Below are positions 52,268-64,000 of a stretch of DNA of 64,000 nt, one piece after another. This DNA comes from Eledone cirrhosa (lineage: Eukaryota): assembly GCA_964016885.1 (NCBI GenBank), contig OZ024743.1, positions 69,502,001-69,566,000 on the forward strand, given 5' to 3'. The notes under the pieces were generated by a model, which saw nothing but the letters and a program-made list of their open reading frames with translations, ran no database searches and was not told the DNA's origin. A program made the position numbers and the translations under genes. Every line of letters starts with the position of its first letter. Position 1 is the first letter of the stretch.

Positions 52268-53495
52268 GTTACACCCTCCATTACAACCATTACCAACACA
52301 CCACCACCAGCTATAGTAGACCCTCCACAACTACCAACACCCTACCACCAGCTATAGTACACCCTCCACCTCTACCAACACGCCACCACCAGTTATAGTA
52401 CACCCTCCACCACTACCAACACCACACCACCAGCTATAGTACACCCTCCATTACAATCACTACCAACACCCTACCACCAGCTATAGTACACCCTCCACCA
52501 CTACCAACACCCTACCACCAGCTATAGTACACCCTCCACCACTACCAGCACACCACCACCAGCAATAGTACACACTCCACCACTACCAACACACCACCAC
52601 CAGCTATAGTACACCCTCCACCACTACCAACACACCACCATCAGCTATAGTACACCCTCCACCACTACCAACCCCCACCATCAGCTATAGTACACACTCC
52701 ACCACTAGCAACACCCCACCATCAGCTATAGTACACCCTCCACCACTACCAACCCCCACCATCAGCTATAGTACACCCTCCACCACTACCAACCCCCACC
52801 ATCAGCTATAGTACACACTCCACCACTACCAACACACCACCACCAGCTATAGTACACACTCCACCACCACCAACACACCACGACCAGTTATAGTACACCC
52901 TCCACCACTACCAACACACCACCACCAGCCATAGTACACCCTCCATTACAACCACAACCAACACACCACCACCAGTTATAGTACACCCTCCACCACTACC
53001 AACACCCCACCACCAGCTAAAGTACACCCTCCACCACTACCAACACCCCACCACCAGCTAAAGTACACCCTCCATTACAACCACAAGCAACACACCACCA
53101 CCAACTATAGTACATCCTCCATTACAACCACCACCAACACACCACCACCAGTTATAGTACACCCTCCACCACTATCAACACCCCACCACCAGCCATAGTA
53201 CACCCTCCATTACAACCACTACCAACACACCACCACCAGCTATAGTACACCCTCCAACACTACCAACACCCCACCATCAGTTATAGTACACCCTCCAACA
53301 CTACCAACACACCACCAGCAGCTATAGTACACCCTCCATTACTACCACTACCAACACACCACCACCAGTTATAGTACACCCTCCAACACTACCAACACAC
53401 CACCAGCAGCTATAGTACACCCTCCATTACAACCACTACCAACACACCACCACCAGTTATAGTACACCCTCCAACACTACCAACACACCACCATC
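52268..53495. repeat. 41/47-bp minisatellite (~28 units)
   Basis: Unit agctatagtacaccctccaccactaccaacacaccaccacc, with a variant carrying an extra ttacaa. Confidence 0.95.
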
Positions 53496-54535
53496 CGCAG
53501 CAACAAAAAATGACCCTCTGTAGTGATGATGATGTGTATGTTGTGTCGGTTTTGAATGCACCTGTGTATTGTGTTGTTACTGTGTTGTGAGCGTATATGT
53601 CTACTGTTTGTTGGATAGACTTTGAATGTCACTGCGTAGTGTATGTTGTGAAGGTTGCTATTGTGAGTGAATGTCTGTGTAGCGTGTATTAAGAGACTTA
53701 GAATATTTTCACGTAGTATATGTTGTGATGATTGTGTTATTGTGTCGTAAATGTTTATGTAGTGTGTTGCATAGGCTTTGAATGTCTGTGTAACGTGTGT
53801 TGTGGAGAGTGTTTTATTGTGTTTTGAATGTTTGTGTAGTGTGTTAGATAGACTTTGAATGTCTGTGTGTTGTGAAGAGTATTTTATTGTGTTGTGAATG
53901 TTCCTGTCAAGTGTGTTGTAGAGGTTGTGTAAGTTGTTATGGTTTTTTGTAAATGACCCTCTGTTACGTGTATGTAGCTTGTGTTATTGTTTAGAATGTC
54001 TCTGTAATGTGTTTTGTTGAGTGTGTTGTGAATGTCTGATCAGTGAGTGTTTTGTGTAAGTTTCTGTGTTGTGTTGTAAATATATGTATACTGTGTATTT
54101 AATGTATTGCTAATCCATCTAACCATGAGTATATTTTATAGTCTAATATATCCAAAACATAAATTATACTTCATATACAAATGTAGTTTTATTTTATTAC
54201 AACTGTATGATTCATATGAGATTTTGATTGCTATTACTCTTTTTCGATGGCTATGTAATATTTAGGTTCTGTGTAGTATCTGATGTTTAAGATATGTACT
54301 CTATGTCGAATCACTATAACTTGACGTTTCAATCGGTTAAGGAGATCTGCAGCATATCCTCACGGATAACACAGATCTCAGATTCGGGTATTAAATTAAA
54401 CAGGCAAATCTAACGAGACCTATTACGTAGTTACATGTTCTGAATATATGCATACTGTGCATTGAATGGATTGCTTGTCAGTCTAACCATGAGGATATTT
54501 TATAGTCTAATATGTCTAAAACATAAATTATGCTT

Positions 54536-54816
54536 CGAATTGAGAGATCACATCTCCGATTCTATGGGCATGTGGTTAGAATGTCTCAGTAAAGAATCGC
54601 TGGACAGATTTTACGGGCAAAACCAGCCTGCAGGAGACCCAGGGGTAGACCACGAGCAAGATGGTTGGATAGCATCCACGAGCTTAGCTTATCACTCTTG
54701 GGGATCCAGCCGGATCAGTTGGAGACGGTTGTTTCTGACAGGACCCACTGCAAAGAGTGTTAGAGGACTCTGCCCCCACTACCCCTTCATGAATAAGTGG
54801 GGGAAGAAGAAGAAGA
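54536..54816 (+). mobile_element. RTE LINE 3' fragment with (GAA)n tail
   Basis: ERSHLRFYGHVVRM..RIAGQILRAKP..RRPRGRPRARW; homologous to 22880-23180; interrupts the second copy of a local ~365-bp duplication. Confidence 0.75.
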
Positions 54817-55529
54817 CATAATTCTAGTCCTATTTTGTTACAACGCAGTATGATTCGTATGATATTTTTGATTGCTATTACTATATTTAATTGGCTAACT
54901 GATATAGAGGTTCTGTGTAGTATCTGATGTACTCCACTGCGAATCACTATAAATTGACATTTCAACCAGTGAATAAGATCTCTCTGCGGCATAGGCTCAC
55001 GGTTAACAGAAATTTCAGATTCATATCAAAGGGCCGAAGTGTTTTTTCTTAAATAAGCAAATCTAATGAAAGACCCAGTATACAGTCACTTATCAGCTGG
55101 AAACAGCAAGCAATTATGTTTTTTTTCTAAAAACAAACAAAATATTTTACGTTAGATTATGTAGCCTCACATACTTTATAAAATGCTGAACAATCATGAC
55201 AGCAATGTCTTCGGAAATAATACTGCATGATTTGATCTGACCTGGGGCTAAATAATTTTAAATTTGTTGTTAAATGAAGCTTGGTAACATAAACGTTACG
55301 TGGAAAATGTACAGTAAATTTCACCCGATATTAAAGAAAGCAGTAAATCCTAAATAGAAATAGAAATGGTTTAAAGTACCAGAAGGGAGATAATTAGACC
55401 TGTTAGGATCAATCATGGAAACATGAGAAAATAAATATTTTGCTCTAGAATAATGACAATAAAAATAGGAGACAATATAACAATACTTAATACAGTGACA
55501 ATAACAATAAGAAAGGAGGAATAATTTGT

Positions 55530-56360
55530 AAACGGTTGGATAAAATACCATTACGGCATTTGTTCTCGTTCTTTATGTTCTGATTTCAAATCCCGCCGTT
55601 GTTTATTTTGTGTTTTATCCTTCCGGGGTCGATGAAATATAATAACAATCAAATACTGGGGTTAATTTATCAACTTTACATTTTCTCCAAATTTGCTGGT
55701 CTTCTGCCTATATTAGAAATCAATAGTATAACCATACAAAGGGGGGTGGATTGGCAGTATTGGTGGCGCGTCGGACAACATAGTTACGGCCTTTTACGAT
55801 CTGAGTTAAAATCCTGCCGAGGTTAATATTGCCTTTAATGTTTATGGTGTCGATAAAATAATGTACCAGTAATGCACTAGGGTAAATTTAATCTAATTTC
55901 TTCGTCTCTAAAATTGTTGGCTTTTTGTCAAAATCAGAAACCAATATTTCGACCCCGTAAGGATGAAAGGCAAAGATAACCTCAGCGGGATTTGAACTCA
56001 GACCAGTTACGCCCCTTTATGATCTGAGTTCAAGTCCCGCCGAGGTTACCTTTGCTTTTCCTCCTTACGGGGTCGATAAAATAAAGTACCAGTAATACAC
56101 TGGGATAATTGCTGGCCTTGTGCCAAAAGTAGAAGCAAACATTATAACATAACTAATGTGAATTGACAGAAATGCTTGAACAAATAAAATGCCATTGCGG
56201 TGTATCTTCTGGTTCTTAACGTCCTTGGTTCAAATCGTTCCTAGGACAAATCTCATTTTTTCCGTGTTCGAAAAAATAAAGTATCGAACCAAGTGTGGAT
56301 TGTTGATTTACTCGACTTTTCCCTTCCTCTAAAACTTCGATGGACTTGTTCCTAAATTGG
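55530..56360 (+). mobile_element. SINE cluster including one copy with an inverted 5' duplication
   Basis: Copies ~55530-55720, 55745-55945, 56005-56140 and an older one to ~56360; inverted arm 55949-56002. Confidence 0.75.
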
Positions 56361-56715
56361 TAATCAATATGATGACACAGACAGTAATAGAGAACACTCT
56401 ATCACATACGATAAATGAGGAGTTTCGAGAGAGATCAAGATTACAGGATTAGGTACTCGTTTGATTGCTATAGCAACACACGCAGACTCACAAGCACACA
56501 TACACACACTCACACAACACACTCGCATAGGCACACACGAACACACTCGTACATAGCCAAACACATATGCACTCATTTATACACACTATAGATGTATTTG
56601 TGTAGTCTGGATTCATCAAAACAATTGCGATCAGATAAGACTATAGATGTTCTCTCCCTTGCATACCTCTCGTAGTCTATACACCTATAATAATATATCT
56701 ATGTATGTGTCTATT

Positions 56716-56840
56716 GAAGGCGTGTGGCTGAGTGGTTAGAGAATTAGATTCACAATCTTCAGGTTGTGAGTTCGATTCCTAGACCGGGCGATGCGTTATG
56801 TCCTTGAGCAAGACACTTTATTTCACGTTGCTCCTTCTAC
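56716..56840 (+). mobile_element. Second tRNA-derived SINE family (tRNA head + CORE-like tgtccttgagcaagacact)
   Basis: A-box tggctgagtggttag, B-box gagttcgattcc; related copy at ~59441-59560. Confidence 0.7.
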
Positions 56841-58049
56841 CTGGAGTTGCGACCGATAGATAGTACTAGCAACTGGAAAGACCGGCAAAAACATTGTTTC
56901 CTCGATCCGATTTGACGAAAGTCGAACTATGTGTCTATGTTTTTGTACGTGTGTGTGTGTGTGTATATATATATAAGTAAATGTAGAATGTAGAAAAGAC
57001 AGTTTGGAGCAGACGATGTAAGAGTAGGACGAGAGTGAGAGTAAGAGGCGTTTAGAGAGCTTCAGAATGAAACGAAGAAAATGAGAAAGAATTAGAATGA
57101 AAGAGAAGACAGCGCGTAAGAGATAAAGAGAAAAATTTAAAGAAGAAAGAAAAAATAATAGAAGGATGTCTTAAAAGCGGAAACAATGGCAATCATCTTA
57201 AACGATCTTTGTTTCTTCATATTCAAAATGACACATTAAAAGGAAACCATTGTTCTTTTTCCTCTTGTTGCTTTCTCATTCATTTATTTTGCCATTTTAA
57301 TCCGACCATATAATCAAACTTCAAAATTGTTCACTGAATAAACTCTTACGTAGGTGGAATGGGCATGTTATCTGCTCTCGGTGGAAATAGTTCACGGTGG
57401 TGGAGTAACATATTGTAAAGCGTTTCACAAATAGCGGAGTGTAAAAGGGAAAAAAGAGTGGGGAAAAAGACAGAGCAATATAATGTGCAAAGAAAATTAA
57501 ATAATGTTCGCTTGCCGCGAGGAGAATAGAATTCTAATTAAACGTTAAACGTTAGAATTCTCTGCTGTATTAGAAAAAATAATTCTCTTTATTGATTTAA
57601 TTATACAAAGATAAGATTGATAAAAGAAGAAGATGAATGTTTAAGGTCGTAGAAGAATATAGTCCCTGAATGTTTAAGCTCAAGATGTTGTTTACCAATC
57701 AGGTCGGCTCTACTCAAGAATACGTATGATCAAAGCGGTCCAGTCATAATCATCCTATCATATTGTGACGAAATGTATCGCCTTCCTATTTAAGAAGCTA
57801 AAGTGTGGTTTCAATGGTGTTTCATAGCTATCATTTACAGGCAGAATGGCTACATGAAGTCGCCCTTTTTGGTGTGTGTTCATCTTCACAGTTTGTAGTA
57901 ACGGTTAACCATTTTCAGCTATTATTATGATAAGTTGATTGCTAAAATATTTTTATCAATGCACAATCATAGTCACGATGTTAAGTACCATCCTTCGTTA
58001 CCTCATGTGCGTGTGTGTATATGTATGTACATATATCTATATATCTCTA

Positions 58050-58115
<66 letters not shown>

Positions 58116-58320
58116 TATGTATACGCACATACATATATGTATACAGACGTACAGCAGTATGTATATATATATATACAAACATGCACACATATATATATGT
58201 ACGCATGGATTTACCGAACATTCACTACAATGCCAGGTGTATTTCTAAACAAACATCCAGAATTAAGCCGTACAGTGTCCAGAAACCATCGTTGCTCATT
58301 TGTTCAACCCTGACAAAGGA

Positions 58321-58363
58321 ACGCTGTACTAGTTTCAAGCTTATTAGCTATCGTCAGCAACGT
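58321..58363 (-). ncRNA. Minimal type I hammerhead ribozyme (mirror copy on + at 58387-58429 has C3>A)
   Basis: Minus strand: acgttg-CTGACGA-tAGCT(aata)AGCTt-GAAA-CTAG-TA-cagcgt; 6-bp stem I, palindromic ACTAGT stem III. Confidence 0.85.
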
Positions 58364-58594
58364 ATACCTTCCTACCAGGAAGGTATACGTTGATGACGAT
58401 AGTTAATAAGCTTGAAACTAGTACAGCGTTCCTTTGTCAGGGTTGAACAAATGAGCAACAATGGTTGCTGGACACTGTACGGCTTAATTCGGGATGTTTG
58501 TTTACAAACACACCGGGCATTGTAGTGAATGTTCGGTGAATCCATGCGTACATATATATATGTGTGCATGTTTGTATATATATATATACATAAT

Positions 58595-58775
58595 TGTTTC
58601 TATTTCAGGCACAAGGCCAGCAATTACCCAGTACATTACTGGTACTTTATTTTATCGACCCCGTAATGATGAAAGGCAAAGTTAACCTCGACCGGATTTG
58701 AACTCAGATCGTAAAGGGACGTAACTTTGCTGGAAAGCATGTCCGACGCTCTACCGATACTGCCAAATCACCGCC
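58595..58775 (-). mobile_element. tRNA-derived SINE, full length
   Basis: Reverse complement of the family consensus; 20-bp TSD at 58575-58594 / 58859-58878. Confidence 0.9.
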
Positions 58776-58978
58776 CTGTACGCATGGATTCACCGAACAT
58801 TCACTACAATGCCCGGTGTGTTTGTAAACAAACATCCCGAATTAAGCCGTACAGTGTCTATATATATATATACATAATGCTTTACGTCTGTATACATATA
58901 TGTATGTGCGTATACATACTTATATTTAAGTAACAGCCGTACTAAGAGTGAGAAATGAAATTTCGTTTCATTTTTTCC

Positions 58979-59064
<86 letters not shown>

Positions 59065-59083
59065 TGTATGTATGTATGTATGT

Positions 59084-59245
59084 ATAGGGGTCACTATAAA
59101 AGCTTCAGGTCACAGGCATTGCTTTATATTTGGAGATCTCTCTGCACTTGTCGTCACATGGTACCATGGGCCCAGCACTATGTGTCAATAATTGTCACAA
59201 GTGTAGTGTTTGTACCAGAGTTTTCAAGTCGCTGGCTGGACTAAA
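59084..59245 (+). mobile_element. Possible mariner-type left end (degenerate)
   Basis: ta-ggggtcactataaaagct resembles mariner TIR starts, and tgtaccagagttttcaagtc resembles a subterminal motif; no partner TIR seen. Confidence 0.3.
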
Positions 59246-60145
59246 AAGTCACACTTGTTCAGCGCATCGGTAGGGGTTCTCCTACATGGATATACAGTAG
59301 TGGCCGTACTCGAAAACGAGTTGGCAGCCACCATGTATAGGGGTGTGTGTCCCAATTTTAATTAATATTTAACATTGTCTTACCCCCACACAAGTTTCTT
59401 TGGCGAATAACTAAAAATTGACTACACACCACCAGTGAACGCACATGGCTTACTGGTTAGAGCATTGGGCTTGCAACCGAAAGGGTGTGAGTTCAATTCT
59501 CGGACCGGGTGATGTGTTGTTTCCTTGAGCTGTTTACTCAGCTGTAGAAATGAGATGATACGACTGGGGTCCCTATCATTAAATCACCCAAGATACCTCC
59601 AGCGAGATATACCTTGGATGAGGCCAGCCAAACCTGCATAGGTGTGAGCTATAACAACAACAACAACCTGGAACACTTCTATCTATTCCCCTCCTCCATC
59701 TTCTAGTTCTTACATATTAAATTATCTAATTCTACATCTAACCTCCACTCTATCCACTTCCTCATGCTCTGTCCTCTCTCGATTAAAGTTTAAATATATT
59801 TATTCCTTTTCTCTGTTCCTCTCGGTTAAGTTGTATGGAAAATACAACACTGGTTCGTACTTTTTCCCTCTTCTATACTGCAGCATTGTTTTCCTATTGC
59901 TATCTCCTGTGTGCTGGAGGTAATGGTACCCACTTTATAGCATTAAAACCGTAGGGATCTCCAGTGGATGGTAGATAAGATGAGATAAGTCCCTGTTTGT
60001 TCTGTTCTTCTTGTCACGTGTGTTCCTCATTTTGGTATATACATATATATGTAAATATGTATGTACACACACATATAGAGGCATGCATACACATATATGT
60101 ATATGTATGTATATATCTATATATATCTATATATATATGTATATA

Positions 60146-60345
60146 TAATAGGAAAATAGTCAGGACCCCGACGGCAGAGCTCAAGCCGGTTCGACGGCTA
60201 TTTCTGGAATGAAATAGCCGTCGAAACGTCTTAAGATTTGCCGTCGGCGTCCTGACTCTTTTCATATTACCCACTCTACTACCCAAAGTATCGAGTACTT
60301 TGGTGCGTTTTGGTCCCTGGTTCCTTACTACACATCCTTCGTCAT
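60146..60345 (+). mobile_element. Fold-back fragment of the Penelope pLTR family (22455-22592 type)
   Basis: Arms taataggaaaa..cgacggctatttc / gaaatagccgtcgaaac..catatta turning in stem II; flanked by (TA)n. Confidence 0.8.
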
Positions 60346-60346
60346 A

Positions 60347-60442
<96 letters not shown>

Positions 60443-61510
60443 TGTTTCTTTATTAGTCACAGGGGCAAAAAAGAAGGCGACAAATACAAAGGGGGAAGTT
60501 TACATACAATAAAAACGTGTAAAATATTATCACAAATGCAATTTAGAAGTTAATCGATTTTCCCCAATAGGAGGAGACATTTCATGTGGGTAACACTTAC
60601 CCCCGAAAAAAATGTGCAACCCTCATCTCCAGGAGTACGAAGAGTTTGTACCCATTTCCTCTCTTCCTCTGTTTCCTCAACCTACAGGCTGATATAGAGA
60701 GAATGCCTATTCACTCGGGCCATTCTCGCCACTTTCATCCACCTTTCATTAAACTTGCTGGGGTACAGCACCTCTCTCTCCATCCTGATTCTTCTTCCAA
60801 AGTGGAATTTGAAAAAAAGAATCAGCTGTTGGCCGGATAGAAAGGTGTCTGACCTCAGTCCTTTTAATCTTGTCCACCATACAACCTCTTTCGCCATAGC
60901 TATCACACAAAGGAAAACCCCCTCTCCTTCGTTTTTGAAGGAGGGTGGTGGTTTGATCATGACAATAGACTCGGTGGTCAACTGGATTGGTCCCACCCGC
61001 GACAATAGTCGTTCTAAATAGCCCACCAGGTCGGTAACGCCCGGGCAGCGTATGCATGCGTGCGCGACGGTTTCTTCGTCTTGCACGCATCTCGGACAGA
61101 TATTTTTCGAAGGGTGCCTGTCCGGGCGCCCATGTCTGTAGAGCTTGTCTCGAACTGGTAGAGCTCCTCGGTAGCACTGACAGGCCAGTGACTTTTGGAA
61201 GTTGTCCATCGGTCCCAGGCGGAAGGTCCTACCGAACAGACTGGCCAGTTCCTCTTCCTCTACGCCTAGAGCTTCTCTGAGCGCGTCTTCGCACTTGCTG
61301 CGGATCAACCCTCTATAGAATGACGAAGTGGAATCTCCACTGATCGCCGGGTCCGCCTGCCAGAGGGATGTGAGCGCCTGAGCACATTCGATGTGCCAGT
61401 CGCCCATTTTCCTCGGTCTTTGCTTGACCCAGGACTGCAGCTCGGTCAGCGAGACGAGTGATGGGAAGGCTCGCCTCACGAACAGGGCCCACACCGGTTG
61501 TCCGGTGAGG
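60443..61510 (-). mobile_element. 5'-truncated Tx1/L1-clade LINE 3' end within a (GATA)n tract
   Basis: ORF 60682-61510 W..ECAQAL...[25 protein letters not shown]; 3' end aataaagaaaca; (GATA)n on both sides. Confidence 0.88.
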
Positions 61511-61511
61511 A

Positions 61512-61544
<33 letters not shown>

Positions 61545-61587
61545 GATAGACAGACAAATATATATGTATGTACACACACATATATAC

Positions 61588-61713
<126 letters not shown>

Positions 61714-62389
61714 TGTGTGTCTGTGTAATTATTGTTACAAGTGTATACGTGTGCAAAACGACGTTTTCAGTTGTATCACATTAGGACAGCTTAAATTAGT
61801 GATTCTATAATGAAACCACGCAAGTAAACGCCAGACGGAAATATTTGGGTCGACATGACCGACTAAATATCGATTCGTTTGATAAGCACGCACAGATCGA
61901 AACATGGCTATCTGAAATAATTCAATTTTATTTTAATTTTATGTAATATATAATATTTTTAACTAATACAGTCTTACATTTTTTAATTGAGTGGTATCTC
62001 TTTCATGACCCACACATACAGACATATCTATCTGTGTGTACATATATATGTGTGTGCTTGTATGTATAGATTTAAAATGGCACGTTTTTAGCCGGTCCAT
62101 TTCCTCAACTATTGCTGACTTTTATGGGAAATCAGCTCTCTTATCAATGCCAACCATTAAACATTTTTTTCTCTGGTGTGTTCCTAGTAGAATTTTTCTG
62201 CGTGGAAAAAAAAAACATCACAAACAAACAAGACGTTTAGCTTATTAAAAAACTGGTTGTTAGCCAAAAATATTCTGTCTGTGTTGAATTTGCTAATAAC
62301 ATATGTGTGATTTATGATTTCAGGAGGTAATATTGTTTTTACTATTACATATTTTTTCTATCCTGTGAATTTATCTTCATAATATATCA

Positions 62390-63100
62390 ATAATATATGA
62401 CAACTACACAGAGGTCAACAACGAAAGTACTACCACGATCTCCATCATCAGTCACGATATTCACGTTGCAATAATTCAAGAAACAGTCTTACTACTAGAC
62501 TACAGGACACCAAACATTAAAAATTATATTGAAATGAGATCAGACGGCCACTTTCATTTTTATAACATACATAAAAATACATGAATTCAAACTATAGTTA
62601 TTACAAATGACATTTGTAAAATAATACAGAACGACACTAAAAGAAAGACAAGCTTCCAAAATAAAAATAAAGACATAAACACAGACCAACACATAGTCAT
62701 ATATTAATCATGGATAGATTATATCTCTGACCTTATAAACTATACTACAAGATTACACACAATAACTACAAAATATTAATGCTCTCACACTTATTATATC
62801 TTGGGATTAGGTACCAAATAGTTAAGGTAATAAATGACTTAACATAATGGTTTCTGATTTAGGCAAAGGACCAACAAATTTAGGGAAGGGATGGTGCATT
62901 ATTTTATCGACCTGGTAAGGATAAAAAGCAAAACTAACTTCGTCAATCTCTAACATAATATCATCAACACACGACTCCATTTATATCCTAAACAATCAAC
63001 GACACATTCACAGATGTTAGCCAGCTAACAACACTAACTCTTCCCCAGACGCCATTTTCTATTCAATGGTGAGATGGTCAGAGAGAAATAGGCTCTTCCA
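62390..63100 (+). mobile_element. Highly degenerate LINE AP-endonuclease remnant
   Basis: HDIHVAIIQETVL..YRTPNIKNY..RSD (APE motif I, QET) at ~62455-62550 and SSPD-like at ~63040; interrupted by a SINE fragment ~62850-62945. Confidence 0.4.
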
Positions 63101-63923
63101 ACGTGAGACTAAATCAACTACAGCAGGCCACACATGCATAAAAAAATCATATACACGCAGAAATAATTACAATATCAATAATCACATTGGCACCAGACAT
63201 TGGACTGTGATACATAAAAAAATAAGTGCAGTCGAACATCATGATCACATACAATGTGACCACCAGGATCATTACCTATCGGGTTTTATTTTATTTTATT
63301 CATTTTTCTTATATAAAAATACACATTGGAAAATCTGGATATATTATGTATATAATAAATAGGAGGGTAACGACTGTCATTGCCTTTTGGTCTGCTGAAT
63401 CAAGGATGACACTAGGATAAACAACAAGTAGCATGAATACAAACTATAGGTCGAGGAGCCTCAACCTGATTGCTTTTACTGCTAGAAAATGCTGCAAAAT
63501 TCCCATCTAATCACCAACTATTTTGCTAAAAAGAATACGTTGGAAAATGTAGCCCTAGATGTCAGACTACCAGCGACTAAAGAACAAGAGCAACAACAAT
63601 CACACGCAAATAGATTAGATGGGGCAGAGAGTGCAAGAAGGTTACACTGTCCTCTATATAATTCAGCACTGTATGTTGTTCAGTATTTGTATTACAGAAA
63701 TAGGCTGGACATTGGAGAGACTACAATATGTCTAAACTGCCACATTAAGAGATAGAAAGTGAACACTATATGTTGTAGTGTGTAGTGTCTGCTAGAACAC
63801 AAACATTGAGGTGGCAGTGAAGACAGTAGCTTGATTTACATAACAAGTTGAGGATTTATTCAAATAGATTCATTAATGATACATTACACATAATTAATTA
63901 AGTGTTAATCGGTTGATTAAATT

Positions 63924-63980
<57 letters not shown>

Positions 63981-64000
63981 TATAGGTAAGTTATTCCGGG

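Larger units (their letters stand above)
58111..58925. mobile_element. Large palindromic Penelope-like cassette centred at 58375, right arm interrupted by a SINE insertion
   Basis: Arms pair from a 3-nt loop (58374-58376) out to ~58160/58590 and resume 58111-58160 / 58872-58925. Confidence 0.85.

Noticed and set aside
52268-53495. 41-bp array as CRISPR or coding repeat
   Set aside because: No spacers; unit length not a multiple of 3, and TAG stops recur
56716-56790. tRNA gene
   Set aside because: Has A/B boxes but no proper acceptor stem, and continues into a SINE core; it is a SINE head

Overview
Repeat-dominated, AT-rich animal (eukaryotic) genomic DNA with no confidently identifiable host protein-coding gene. 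The dense (TA)n/(CA)n/(GA)n/(TAA)n/(CAA)n tracts and the SINE types are reminiscent of octopus/cephalopod genomes; this is inference from pattern memory and was not verified. Nearly all ORF-track entries are microsatellite artefacts. The recognisable coding remnants all come from transposons: a rearranged Penelope-like element (RT thumb + GIY-YIG, 18.8-22.6 kb), a (TAA)n-embedded tandem array of R4/Dong-like RLE retrotransposons (25.7-32.8 kb), three Tx1/L1-type 3' fragments, CR1 and RTE LINE fragments, three CRE-type RLE fragments (one amplified into a 14 x 79-bp minisatellite), an internally deleted Helitron and many tRNA-derived SINEs. The most striking signal lies outside the ORF track. 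About a dozen type I hammerhead ribozyme motifs (stem I-CUGANGA-stem II-GAAA-short or palindromic stem III-UH-stem I) from at least 8 unrelated sequence families sit in short non-coding cassettes wedged into (TA)n tracts. These cassettes occur as fold-back palindromes that turn at the ribozyme, or as ~490-bp tandem units with compensatory base changes, consistent with a diverse Penelope-derived/retrozyme-like mobile RNA system. All folds were done by eye and element boundaries are approximate.
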